From contig SICL01000008.1 of assembly GCA_009691445.1 (NCBI GenBank), forward strand, positions 1 through 63,939: a stretch of 63,939 bases of DNA, in the 5' to 3' direction. Both the position numbers and the translations under genes were made by a program. Origin of the DNA: Candidatus Taenariivivens baikalensis (GTDB lineage Bacteria > Omnitrophota > Omnitrophia > Omnitrophales > Aquincolibacteriaceae). The notes under the pieces were generated by a model. It saw only the letters and a program-made list of their open reading frames with translations, searched no databases and was not told the origin of the DNA. Shown piece after piece: positions 16,548 through 25,223 of this stretch (position 1 is the stretch's first letter; each line of letters begins with the position of its first letter).

Positions 16548-18138
16548 GTTTCAGAACGGTTTCTTGACGGGCTTCCCTGAGTTCCTGGATATCTTTTTCT
16601 GTGAGCAGCTTTTCTCCCCAGAAAAAAGGGGCCAATCCAAATCCGTGCTTTTGCGCCATTTCGGAAATCTCGTGGACTTTTTCCTTAGTGATATTCCCCT
16701 TCCCCTCTGAGAAATTCTGGTAACGCTCTTCCAGATCCAGGATGATGGCTTCGGCGTAGCATCCGTACAAGGTCAAGGTGGAGGGAAGACCCACATCAAA
16801 ACCGAAATCAAACTCGTAAGGCAGAGAACAAATCCCTCCTGAAAAAACAAAAATATCTTTCCGGTCAGATTTGGAATGTGAAATGTTTTTGGGGTATCCG
16901 ATGTCACAGACAATCGCGCCGCATTTAAAATCATCCACGCCAACGATGGCTTCCGTGCTGCTGGCGGCCGCAATCACAATATCCGCATCTTTTACAGCCT
17001 CGCGGTTATCGGAGCTGGTTCGGATCTTGGCCCGCCCGCCATACGCCAGGCTGCGTTCGGCATCCACCAGATTTCTCGGGTTACGGCTCGTAATCGTGAT
17101 CTCTTTCACCTCTTCGGTCAAAATCTTGGCGCAGCCTCCTCCGATATCCCCCGCTCCTCCGATAATCGTCACCTTGGCCTGCGAAAAATCCATCCCCATC
17201 AGCTGGGCGGCCTTCCGGACTCCTTGAAGCGCCAGCGCCACGGTATAAGTATTTCCCGTCGTCACCGGAATATTGACCATCTGCCGAATACTTTTATTAT
17301 TCATCTCGCCGGCAATCGAAGTAAATCCTCCTAAAGCCATGATTCCCAGCCCCAAGCGCTCCGCCTGCTTGCATCCTTCCACCACTTTCTTGACCACCGC
17401 CTTCAGATCCGTTTTCAGCATATCGGGAACAAAAGGGCACATAATAAAATTACCGTGCGTTACTTTTCCCGTTTTGGATTTGAAGGTCTTCAATTCATAA
17501 GACACATAGGCGGGTATCGACTCAAAAATCTTGGATAAGAATTCACGGGAAGGAAGTTTTAGGTCTTTTTTGAAATACTGAATATATTTGACCAAATGAT
17601 TATAATTATAAGGATGGCACATCACGGCAAAACCGCTGATATCACTTTGTTTCCGGTCCGCAATACGCCGGTAACGCTGCATCGCAATCATCTCTTCAAA
17701 CGCGTCGAACATTGCACTGAAATTCTTGTGGATTTTTTCGACCAGCATTTTTTTTACAAATTCTTCAAGCTGGGGAATACCGATTTTAATGCTTAAAACG
17801 ACCTCCACTTCCGTTTGATTTTCTCCGGCAGGTTTAAGCGTCCACTCCCCTTTCAGTTCTTCCAAATCTCCTTCCGTGCTGCGAAAGGAGATAGCAAAAT
17901 TTTTAAAATCAAAGGTTTCTTCCTGTTTCCACGAAAGGGGGATTCCATCCATATCGATCTGCCAGGCGGTTTGAATCACCCTTCCAGTTCTGGACAGAAC
18001 CTGGCATTTTTTGACATTGGGCATAATGCGGGAAAATTCTTCCACGCGAGTGATCAGTCTGAGGACTTTCCATCGTTTGGCAGGAAGGATCCGCTTGATC
18101 CGGATAACTGGAGCTTCACTTTCAGACATAAGCGACAA
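16537..18138 (-). CDS. SRPBCC (START/cyclase-like) domain fused to a long-chain acyl-ACP reductase (AAR)-family NAD(P) oxidoreductase
   Basis: The C-terminal roughly 340 aa carries ALGGFTSI, TTGNTYT, IIGGAGDIGG, DIGYPKN, GCYAEAIILDLEE and GKGNITKEKVHEISEMAQKHGF, collinear with motifs I recall from cyanobacterial AAR. The N-terminal roughly 150 aa looks SRPBCC-like. Its stop overlaps the start of the hybrid kinase by 11 nt. Confidence 0.65.
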   Translation of the reverse strand: MSLMSESEAPVIRIKRILPAKRWKVLRLITRVEEFSRIMPNVKKCQVLSRTGRVIQTAWQIDMDGIPLSWKQEETFDFKNFAISFRSTEGDLEELKGEWTLKPAGENQTEVEVVLSIKIGIPQLEEFVKKMLVEKIHKNFSAMFDAFEEMIAMQRYRRIADRKQSDISGFAVMCHPYNYNHLVKYIQYFKKDLKLPSREFLSKIFESIPAYVSYELKTFKSKTGKVTHGNFIMCPFVPDMLKTDLKAVVKKVVEGCKQAERLGLGIMALGGFTSIAGEMNNKSIRQMVNIPVTTGNTYTVALALQGVRKAAQLMGMDFSQAKVTIIGGAGDIGGGCAKILTEEVKEITITSRNPRNLVDAERSLAYGGRAKIRTSSDNREAVKDADIVIAAASSTEAIVGVDDFKCGAIVCDIGYPKNISHSKSDRKDIFVFSGGICSLPYEFDFGFDVGLPSTLTLYGCYAEAIILDLEERYQNFSEGKGNITKEKVHEISEMAQKHGFGLAPFFWGEKLLTEKDIQELREARQETVLKHGG

Positions 18139-18254
18139 GCCTTTTAAGCATCACACATAACTAGTTTTTTCCGCGAAAGACACTACCATCGTATAACAAC
18201 GGCAGAAATTGATCTTTTTTTAGTCCTTCATCAGGACTTCACTGGCTGGATTTT

Positions 18255-18767
18255 TCAGCGGAACTGAGCCAATTCTTCTTTTAACTCTTCTGAAGATCCC
18301 CCGCCGCTCCGAACTTGGCCTTGGGGGTCAATCAGGATAAAAGAAGGCGTCGCCTCAATCCCGTAAAGTTGGACAATCTTGTTTTCCCAGCCTTCACCCT
18401 CAAAAATTACCGGGTAAGGAACATGATGCTCATTCACAAACTTTTGGAGTTTGGCAAGATCCTGATCGAGGCTCACGGAAATAAACTCAACCCCTTTAGG
18501 GTGGTAGGTCTTAAAAACTTCAATCATGGCTTTGGTGTCTTTGCGGCACCAGGAGCACCAAGTGGCCCAAAAATAAAGCACCACGAATTTTCCGCGGTAT
18601 TGTTCTAAAGATTGACGGTTGCCCTGAATATCGACTTCGGAGAAGCCCGGTGCTTGAACGAACTCAGCTCCTGCTGGATAAGGAAACGAGAGCGCAAAAA
18701 GGACGAGAAAAAAAATTGAAAAGATCCGACTAAGCTTTAACTTCCTGCTTTTTGCGTGCTTCATCAA
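18255..18767 (-). CDS. TlpA/ResA-like thiol:disulfide oxidoreductase (thioredoxin fold)
   Basis: Signal/TM N-terminus and the WATWCSWC CXXC motif. Confidence 0.88.
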   Translation of the reverse strand: MMKHAKSRKLKLSRIFSIFFLVLFALSFPYPAGAEFVQAPGFSEVDIQGNRQSLEQYRGKFVVLYFWATWCSWCRKDTKAMIEVFKTYHPKGVEFISVSLDQDLAKLQKFVNEHHVPYPVIFEGEGWENKIVQLYGIEATPSFILIDPQGQVRSGGGSSEELKEELAQFR

Positions 18768-19371
18768 TCACCTTGTAGTATTTAAGTTGATTACGGACTT
18801 CGGGTGAGGCAATGATCGCATCCTGCATCTGTTCCACCGCATGATGCATGGCATCCGTTAAGGCATCCTGCGGACCCAGATTCGTTCCAAATTCATTATT
18901 CACCTTCACATACCCTTTACCCAGAAATGCTTTCTGCCAAAAGATATGCTCCCGAGGGCTTTTCATCGCCACCGCAAGAGTAACTTCGCCTCGATATTCA
19001 TCCGCGGACCGAAAAGCCGTATCATTAGCCGCATCGATCATCTTAACCTCAAAAATGGCGGGACTATCCGAACGTTCAGTCTCAATCTGCGGAGTTCCTT
19101 CCTCAAACGTTTTGACTTCTCCAAATATTTCTCTGAAGGCGTCTTCCACCACGACAGGCAAAGTGTGCTGGGCATGAAAATTAGCCAAGTCTCCGACATC
19201 ATAACCCGAAAGAGGCGCCTGATGCATGTGATACTCGTCCGAAACATGTAAAAGAACCTTTTGCTGAAATTCAGGAGGCGTAACCAGCTTGTGAGTTCCC
19301 AAAAGAGATTCAGTCGAAGCACAGCCAGTCAGCAGAAGAAAGACGTAAAGATAATAGCCGGATGCTTTCAT
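18730..19371 (-). CDS. Lipoprotein, function unknown
   Basis: Lipobox LLLTGCAS; 213 aa. Confidence 0.7.
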   Translation of the reverse strand: MKASGYYLYVFLLLTGCASTESLLGTHKLVTPPEFQQKVLLHVSDEYHMHQAPLSGYDVGDLANFHAQHTLPVVVEDAFREIFGEVKTFEEGTPQIETERSDSPAIFEVKMIDAANDTAFRSADEYRGEVTLAVAMKSPREHIFWQKAFLGKGYVKVNNEFGTNLGPQDALTDAMHHAVEQMQDAIIASPEVRNQLKYYKVIDEARKKQEVKA

Positions 19372-19474
19372 GGGGACAAATTCTATGCGAGAGATCTGGA
19401 AGCGTCAATGGAAAGAAAAGCAATAAAATGGGGACAGGTTGCGGCAACCTGTCCCCATTTTATGGACGTTTTAC

Positions 19475-20137
19475 TTAGTCTTTAGCGAAGGTAATCTGAT
19501 CAACGTAAACCGTTCCGGTTTTTGGATTCGAGCTGATGTCATCAAACACCATAACAAACTCATTCATGCTCTTCCAATCCGTGATACGGCGAAATTTCTC
19601 AAGCGGAATCGAATACTGTTTCCATTCATCGGTAATTCCCGAAAGAATGTACGGAGACGGCTTGTTACTCATATCTTTGAGTTCAAGCTTAATCCGCTTC
19701 GTATAGCCAGCTTTGGCATCGCCCTTAAGATAAAACTTGAGCGTGTTGTACTGGGAAACATCTTCTCCATTGAGTTTCATCCAGAAACCATTATAGGCAG
19801 GATTCGGAGAATCTACGTCATAATCAAGACGGATACAATATCCAGCGGGATCTCCCAAAGCATCATTGGGTTCAAATGACATTTTCGTACCTTGAGTTTC
19901 GTCATTTGGATCTTTATCCCAACCGCCAAAATCGCCGCCAATATTATTGGGCTTGTCCCCTGTATCAAAATCAGCAAACACCAATGAATTCGGATCCTTG
20001 ATCTTTGGAGCTACATTCGATTCAGCGGGAGTATCTGTTGTGGGTTCTTCAGCTAAAACCGGACGCCCCCAGAAAGCTGTGACAGAAAGCACGAGCATGA
20101 CCAGGAAGGCACTTTGACTTAAACGTTTAGACGACAT
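19475..20137 (-). CDS. Secreted beta-sandwich (CBM11/CIA30-like) protein, tentative
   Basis: Signal peptide LVMLVLSVTAFWGRPVLA, then YNGFWMKLNGEDVSQYNTLKFYLKGD ... GTVYVDQITF. Confidence 0.5.
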   Translation of the reverse strand: MSSKRLSQSAFLVMLVLSVTAFWGRPVLAEEPTTDTPAESNVAPKIKDPNSLVFADFDTGDKPNNIGGDFGGWDKDPNDETQGTKMSFEPNDALGDPAGYCIRLDYDVDSPNPAYNGFWMKLNGEDVSQYNTLKFYLKGDAKAGYTKRIKLELKDMSNKPSPYILSGITDEWKQYSIPLEKFRRITDWKSMNEFVMVFDDISSNPKTGTVYVDQITFAKD

Positions 20138-20247
20138 TGATAAGTCTCCTTTCGGATATTGAAATTAAATTTGTGTACCCCAATAACCCACAGAACGGAT
20201 TACTAAGACGTGCCACTCTGACGCAACAAGCTCTTATTTTATTCATT

Positions 20248-20697
20248 TTAAAAGCCTGTCTCAAGAACTATTACCAAAACACCATCTTTTACATTCGGCC
20301 CCCCGACAAAAACCACCCCGGGATTTTGAATGGAAAGAAGCGTATATACATACTGAGTTGTATTCTTGCGAACCAACGCCTGAACCATCACCCGTTCGCC
20401 TTCAACTCCCTGGTAAGTCAAAACCAACTCATAGCCTTCGGGGAGGCTAATGATGGAGCGATCCGCCTTTTGAAGCTCTGCTGCTTTCACATCCAATTGA
20501 TGATAAGACTTATAGGAAAAAAGCTTTACCAGCTCATCCCGGTAGGCATCATTGTCAAAATCAAAGTCCGAACCTTCATTTGAAGCGCGAAGGACTGTGA
20601 CCTTTACTCTGATGGAATCATCTGCGGCAAGAGTCGGAAAAGAACCGGCTAAAAAAGATGCGATGAGACAAAACAAGATCAGGTGATTTTTTCTCAA
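20248..20697 (-). CDS. Secreted hypothetical protein
   Basis: 149 aa, signal peptide LILFCLIASFLAGSFPTLAA; same operon as the ECF sigma gene. Confidence 0.6.
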   Translation of the reverse strand: MRKNHLILFCLIASFLAGSFPTLAADDSIRVKVTVLRASNEGSDFDFDNDAYRDELVKLFSYKSYHQLDVKAAELQKADRSIISLPEGYELVLTYQGVEGERVMVQALVRKNTTQYVYTLLSIQNPGVVFVGGPNVKDGVLVIVLETGF

Positions 20698-20701
20698 GAG
20701 A

Positions 20702-21187
20702 CTATCCTCCTACAAAAACCCATACAATAGTGACTGGAATATTATCGCGGTTGGTTTGAAAAACCATGGTAGGACCTACTTGGCTATTAATTCTCTCAAC
20801 CCTGATGGGTAATCCCTGATTAAATTCGTCATTGCGAAGGGGCTCAGCGACCGACGCAATCCCGGACTGAGATTGTCCGCCACTAAATCTTCGGACGAAT
20901 CCGCCGTGCTCTTTGGTGGACTGCGTTTCACTCGCAATGACATTTTTTAAAGGTTGAGGATAAATATAAGCTAAACGAGGCGGCACCAAGGATTGAAACA
21001 AGAAAAAGATAGCGGCCAGCATTATCGCGGGTAACAAAAAAACAGGTTGGAATCCCCAAAATGGCTCCGGACGGAAATGGGCGGCAAGAAAATCTTTTTT
21101 TCTACTGCGGACCACAGAATCATGAACGGCTTCGTCCAGATAACCCCGGTAAGATTTCAGTACATCGTCGATGCGGCGGTTTTTCAT
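20702..21187 (-). CDS. Putative anti-sigma factor (single-pass membrane protein)
   Basis: 4-nt overlap with the upstream ECF sigma gene and one TM (FLLPAIMLAAIFFLF). It contains a partial ctcgcaatgac repeat translated as VIASETQS. Confidence 0.55.
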   Translation of the reverse strand: MKNRRIDDVLKSYRGYLDEAVHDSVVRSRKKDFLAAHFRPEPFWGFQPVFLLPAIMLAAIFFLFQSLVPPRLAYIYPQPLKNVIASETQSTKEHGGFVRRFSGGQSQSGIASVAEPLRNDEFNQGLPIRVERINSQVGPTMVFQTNRDNIPVTIVWVFVGG

Positions 21188-21789
21188 AAGACTTCTTCCT
21201 TATATCTCACGCCTAGAACTTCCGCTAAACGCCTGCGGGCATAAAAAAGGCGGGACATAACTGTTCCTATTTCAATATGGAGCGCTTCAGCAATCTCTTC
21301 GTAACTGAAACCCTGCCATTCCCGAAGCGTCAGAACTGCCCGCTGATCGGGAGAAAGCTGGTTCAGAGCCTTCTCAATCCCGTCCCGCATTTCGGATTGA
21401 GCGGCTGACTCCAGAGGATCCTGTTTAGGATCCGGAATCACAAGAGGCGCTCTGTCCTCATCATCACTGACATCGGTAAGATCAATGGAGTCTGTATACC
21501 GAATCCGGCGCCGGCAATCGATCGCCGCATTCACGGCAACCCGGTAAAGCCAAGTCTTGAATTTGGAACGGCCCTGATACTTTTCAAGATCGGCAAAGAC
21601 CTTGAGAAAAACTTCCTGGGTCACATCCAGCGATGATTCTCGGTGATTCAAAACTCCGTAGCTGAGTCCGTAAACCATTTCATAATGCCGATCGACCAGC
21701 TTGCCGTAAGCTTCTTTAGAACCCGCCTTGGCCTGCGCAACTAAAAGTTCATCCGAATCATCAGCCATTTTATGACGTGTCAACTCCAC
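21184..21789 (-). CDS. ECF-type RNA polymerase sigma factor
   Basis: Region 2 FLKVFADLEKYQGRSKFKTWLYRVAVNAAIDCRR; region 4 LREWQGFSYEEIAEALHIEIGTVMSRLFYARRRL. Confidence 0.9.
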   Translation of the reverse strand: MELTRHKMADDSDELLVAQAKAGSKEAYGKLVDRHYEMVYGLSYGVLNHRESSLDVTQEVFLKVFADLEKYQGRSKFKTWLYRVAVNAAIDCRRRIRYTDSIDLTDVSDDEDRAPLVIPDPKQDPLESAAQSEMRDGIEKALNQLSPDQRAVLTLREWQGFSYEEIAEALHIEIGTVMSRLFYARRRLAEVLGVRYKEEVL

Positions 21790-21804
21790 AAAATATTCAT
21801 TTTT

Positions 21805-23730
21805 TCACAGAATTTCTTCCCAGGAACTTCGATAACCGTGAATGGATTCCGCATACTCAATCAGCGCCCGGTAAAAAGGAATTTGCCCCAGCGTCGCGCT
21901 ATCGCCGATCAAAATCAGTTTTCTTTTCGCGCGAGTCATTGCCACATTCATCCGGCGGACATCATTTAAAAATCCCAAGTCCCCTTCCACATTAGACCTT
22001 ACGAGCGACACAAGGATCACTTCCTTTTCCCGCCCCTGAAACCCGTCGATGCTGTCGACTTCAATTTCAGGCTGGGGGATTTGACTTGAAAGTAATCTCA
22101 CTTGAGCACTGTAAGGACTGATCACCGCAATTTGATCAGGGGGAACCCCCCACCCAAGAAGCTGGGAAAGTTTATGGATCAAAAGAGTTGATTCTTCGGG
22201 ATTGGTGCGGCTTTGACTTCCCGGTTCCAGTTTTTCTTCAAAACCTCGGCCTGCCGTATCCAAAAACAAAAAGGGCTCCTCGGTCGCAGGATTTCGTTCA
22301 ACGCCGGGAAGATCCGCAAGGCATTGATTTTTGACGGAAGGATCCGCGAGAAGCTCCTGACTATAAAATTGACGGGAAGAAAAATTCATAATCTTTTCAT
22401 TCATCCGGTACTGAACTTTTAAAAGAGTTTTCCATTCCTCTCCCACCAAACCGTGCAGTCTTTCAAAAAGGGTTTTTGCAAGCCCCTGCTTTTCCGCTTC
22501 TTTGGAACGGACTGTGGGCGGAAGCTGGAAATGATCTCCGGCCAGAATCACTTTCTCGGCACGGATTATCGGAATCCAGGCCATCGGTTCCGAGGCTTGA
22601 CTGGCCTCATCCATCACCAGTAGATCAATCTTCCTTTTGCGAAGAAAAGGATCTTCGGAGCCTCCGTGAGTTCCGACCACCACAAGAGCTTCCCGATTCA
22701 CTTCTTCCCAGATGGTGGATGCGAGTTGTTTGATCTCCGCCTTGAGCTTTGCAATAGCTTCGTGGTATTCAGAACGCTCTTCCCTTGAAAGATTCCCGCG
22801 GTCAAAGCGTCTTTCCTTTTGGAGGATCTTCTGATGAAGCTCTTGTTCAAGTTCTCTGACGGTCATATTAACCGGATGATTCTCGATTTTGAAGTCCAGA
22901 GTATGGTCGCGTAAATGTTCCATAATCCGGGCTGGATGTCCGAGACGCAGGGCCGGGATGCCCGCCTTACACAGGCACTCCAGAAGCTGATCACAGGCGG
23001 TATTGCTTGGAGCGGTCGCGAACACAAACTGACCCTGGGCAATCGCTTGCTGGATAATTTCAACCAGAACGGTTGTCTTTCCCGTTCCCGGAGGGCCATG
23101 AACAAGCGCGATCTCTTTGGCCGCAAGGGCTTTGGCTGTAGCCTTTTTTTGCCACTCATTAAGATGGGAGTTAAAGAAAGTCATTTTGTCCCAGGCGATT
23201 TCATCATACGACTCTGGCTTCTTGATGCCAAAGCTCAGATCCCGCAAATAGGAAAGCCGGGAATCCTTGGCTCCTTTGACCCGGTGCAGAGCGTCATACA
23301 TTTTTTTGAAGGTGCCGCGGCTGGTGGAAATATTCAGATCGTAAATGCCTTCCTCATTAATCCCTTCTTCCTGGCCGTCTCTTAAAGCAAGCGTAATGGT
23401 ATCGCGGGTTTTGTCATAGACGGTTCCGGAAGTAGAATCCGCCCAGGCACTGCTGGAAGGTGTGATGCTGACCATATCTCCGATATCCGGGGAATAAATA
23501 GGAATGGGTTTGGCCTGGGCATACTGAAACGTGATCAGCGGATGTCCTCCGCCGCTATAATGAAACTCCACCGGTTTCAATCGAAGAAGGGCCTTACCGA
23601 TTTTTTCACGTTGATCGGCCGTAAGCTGTTCAAACCAGCCCCGGAACTGCTGAAGTTCTTCGGCCTCTTCCATCTCCACAAGCTTGCGCAGACGATCTAA
23701 ATGAGCAGAGGGATCCACAGAATGAGTCAT
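21805..23730 (-). CDS. Superfamily I helicase, Upf1/IGHMBP2-like (AAA_11/AAA_12)
   Basis: Contains VHGPPGTGKTT, DEASQ, AGDHFQLPPTV, DGFQGREKEVILVS and NVAMTRAKRKLILIGD. Confidence 0.88.
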   Translation of the reverse strand: MTHSVDPSAHLDRLRKLVEMEEAEELQQFRGWFEQLTADQREKIGKALLRLKPVEFHYSGGGHPLITFQYAQAKPIPIYSPDIGDMVSITPSSSAWADSTSGTVYDKTRDTITLALRDGQEEGINEEGIYDLNISTSRGTFKKMYDALHRVKGAKDSRLSYLRDLSFGIKKPESYDEIAWDKMTFFNSHLNEWQKKATAKALAAKEIALVHGPPGTGKTTVLVEIIQQAIAQGQFVFATAPSNTACDQLLECLCKAGIPALRLGHPARIMEHLRDHTLDFKIENHPVNMTVRELEQELHQKILQKERRFDRGNLSREERSEYHEAIAKLKAEIKQLASTIWEEVNREALVVVGTHGGSEDPFLRKRKIDLLVMDEASQASEPMAWIPIIRAEKVILAGDHFQLPPTVRSKEAEKQGLAKTLFERLHGLVGEEWKTLLKVQYRMNEKIMNFSSRQFYSQELLADPSVKNQCLADLPGVERNPATEEPFLFLDTAGRGFEEKLEPGSQSRTNPEESTLLIHKLSQLLGWGVPPDQIAVISPYSAQVRLLSSQIPQPEIEVDSIDGFQGREKEVILVSLVRSNVEGDLGFLNDVRRMNVAMTRAKRKLILIGDSATLGQIPFYRALIEYAESIHGYRSSWEEIL

Positions 23731-23779
23731 AGATGGATGATTCTAAGGCTTTTCCTGAAGCTGGCTAGAGGTTTTTGAA

Positions 23780-24868
23780 CTAAAACAGCTCCGCCTGCCG
23801 GGGCCGAAGGGAGGTGAAGTCCTGGATAGTTTCAAGGTTGGATAGACCGAGCCCCAGCAGACGAACGGCTTTTGTTCCAGCCTTGGTTTTATTCCTGAGC
23901 AGACGGCTTGCAATTTGGTGGACTGTTTCCGGATTGGCCGGAAAATCCTCAAGCGTGCAGGATCGCGTAATCAATTCAAAATCAAAATATTTCACTTTAA
24001 GGACAATCGTCTTTCCCATTCTTCCTTCTACCTTCAGCTGCTGATAGATATTCTTGGAAAATTCTCCCAGTTTATATTCCAGAAGCTGAAGGCTTTTCGT
24101 ATCCTTTTGGAAGGTCTCCTCGATGCTAAGCTGCTTGCTCTCTCCTTCCGGCTCTACCTCGCGATCATCACGTCCCTGCGATCGCTCATAAAGCGCGGCG
24201 CCTCCTTTTCCGAAATGCTTACGGAGAAATTCCGGGCCGGCCTTTTCGAGGTCCAAGCAGGTATAGATATTCTCTTCTTGAAGTTCCTTTTCCGTGACCG
24301 GACCCACGCCCGGAATCTTGCGGACGGAAAGATCCTTCAAAAATTCTTTTTCCTGTCCCGGAAAAACGACTGTGAGTCCGTTGGGCTTTTGAAAATCAGA
24401 AGCGATTTTGGCGAGAAAAAGATTCGGAGCAACTCCGGCTGAGGCGGTGATCTGCGTCACGGCCGCGATATTCTGCTTGATCAGTGTGGCGATCATCACT
24501 GGATCCTGAATGCCAAAACGGTGCTGGGTCACATCCAAATAAGCTTCATCCAGCGAAGCGGGTTCCACGAGCGTGGTGTGCTGTCTTAAAATCGCCATCA
24601 CCTGACGGGAAACCAGGCTGTACTTTTCAAATTGAGGACGGATAAAAATCCCCTGAGGACAAAGTTTTTTCGCCTGAGCTGCCGGCATCGCCGAATGCAC
24701 CCCGTATTTCCGGGCTTCATAAGAACAGGTGCTGACCACGCCGCGGCTCGCAGGATCCCCTCCGACAATCAAAGGCTTGCCCCGGTAAGGCGGATGGTCC
24801 CGCTGCTCAATCGCAGCAAAGAACGCGTCCATATCAATATGAATGATTTTTCGCGGCCAAGTCATCAT
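23780..24868 (-). CDS. dinB: DNA polymerase IV
   Basis: IIHIDMDAFFAAIEQRD and a Y-family layout. The track ORF starts at a TTG at 24901; the ATG at 24868 or 24865 is more plausible. Confidence 0.9.
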   Translation of the reverse strand: MMTWPRKIIHIDMDAFFAAIEQRDHPPYRGKPLIVGGDPASRGVVSTCSYEARKYGVHSAMPAAQAKKLCPQGIFIRPQFEKYSLVSRQVMAILRQHTTLVEPASLDEAYLDVTQHRFGIQDPVMIATLIKQNIAAVTQITASAGVAPNLFLAKIASDFQKPNGLTVVFPGQEKEFLKDLSVRKIPGVGPVTEKELQEENIYTCLDLEKAGPEFLRKHFGKGGAALYERSQGRDDREVEPEGESKQLSIEETFQKDTKSLQLLEYKLGEFSKNIYQQLKVEGRMGKTIVLKVKYFDFELITRSCTLEDFPANPETVHQIASRLLRNKTKAGTKAVRLLGLGLSNLETIQDFTSLRPRQAELF

Positions 24869-24924
24869 GTGGTTTGAACTCTTCTGAGATTCCCTGTACA
24901 ATACCCCAAACTTGGAGAAAATGC

Positions 24925-25182
24925 ATGGCGGAAAATAAGGTTTCGATTAATTTTGGCGGACGTCAGGTTCAGGCCACTCCCGTTGAGATCACCCAGAACG
25001 CGGAGCGGTGGAATGAGTACCTTCTGGAAGACGGAACGGTTTTAAAGATGAAACTGGTCTTAAAGAAGGTTCTGCGGGTTGACGGAGAATTTGACGCCGA
25101 GGGAAATCCCATTTATATCATGCAATCCACGAACGTCTCTTCGACTTCTTCCCCAGATGGTCTCAGAAAAAAGACAGAATAA
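24925..25182 (+). CDS. Small hypothetical protein
   Basis: ATG at 24925 preceded by ggag at 24914-24917; 85 aa, MAENKVSINFGGRQVQATPVEI... Confidence 0.45.
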   Translation: MAENKVSINFGGRQVQATPVEITQNAERWNEYLLEDGTVLKMKLVLKKVLRVDGEFDAEGNPIYIMQSTNVSSTSSPDGLRKKTE

Positions 25183-25223
25183 CGAATTCGAAATTTGAAT
25201 TCTTAATATCGGATTTAACTCTT

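Noticed and set aside
25185-25222. gaattcgaaatttgaattc near-palindrome considered as a special element
   Set aside because: It is a short AT-rich imperfect palindrome between convergent gene ends. The simplest explanation is a weak bidirectional terminator or chance.
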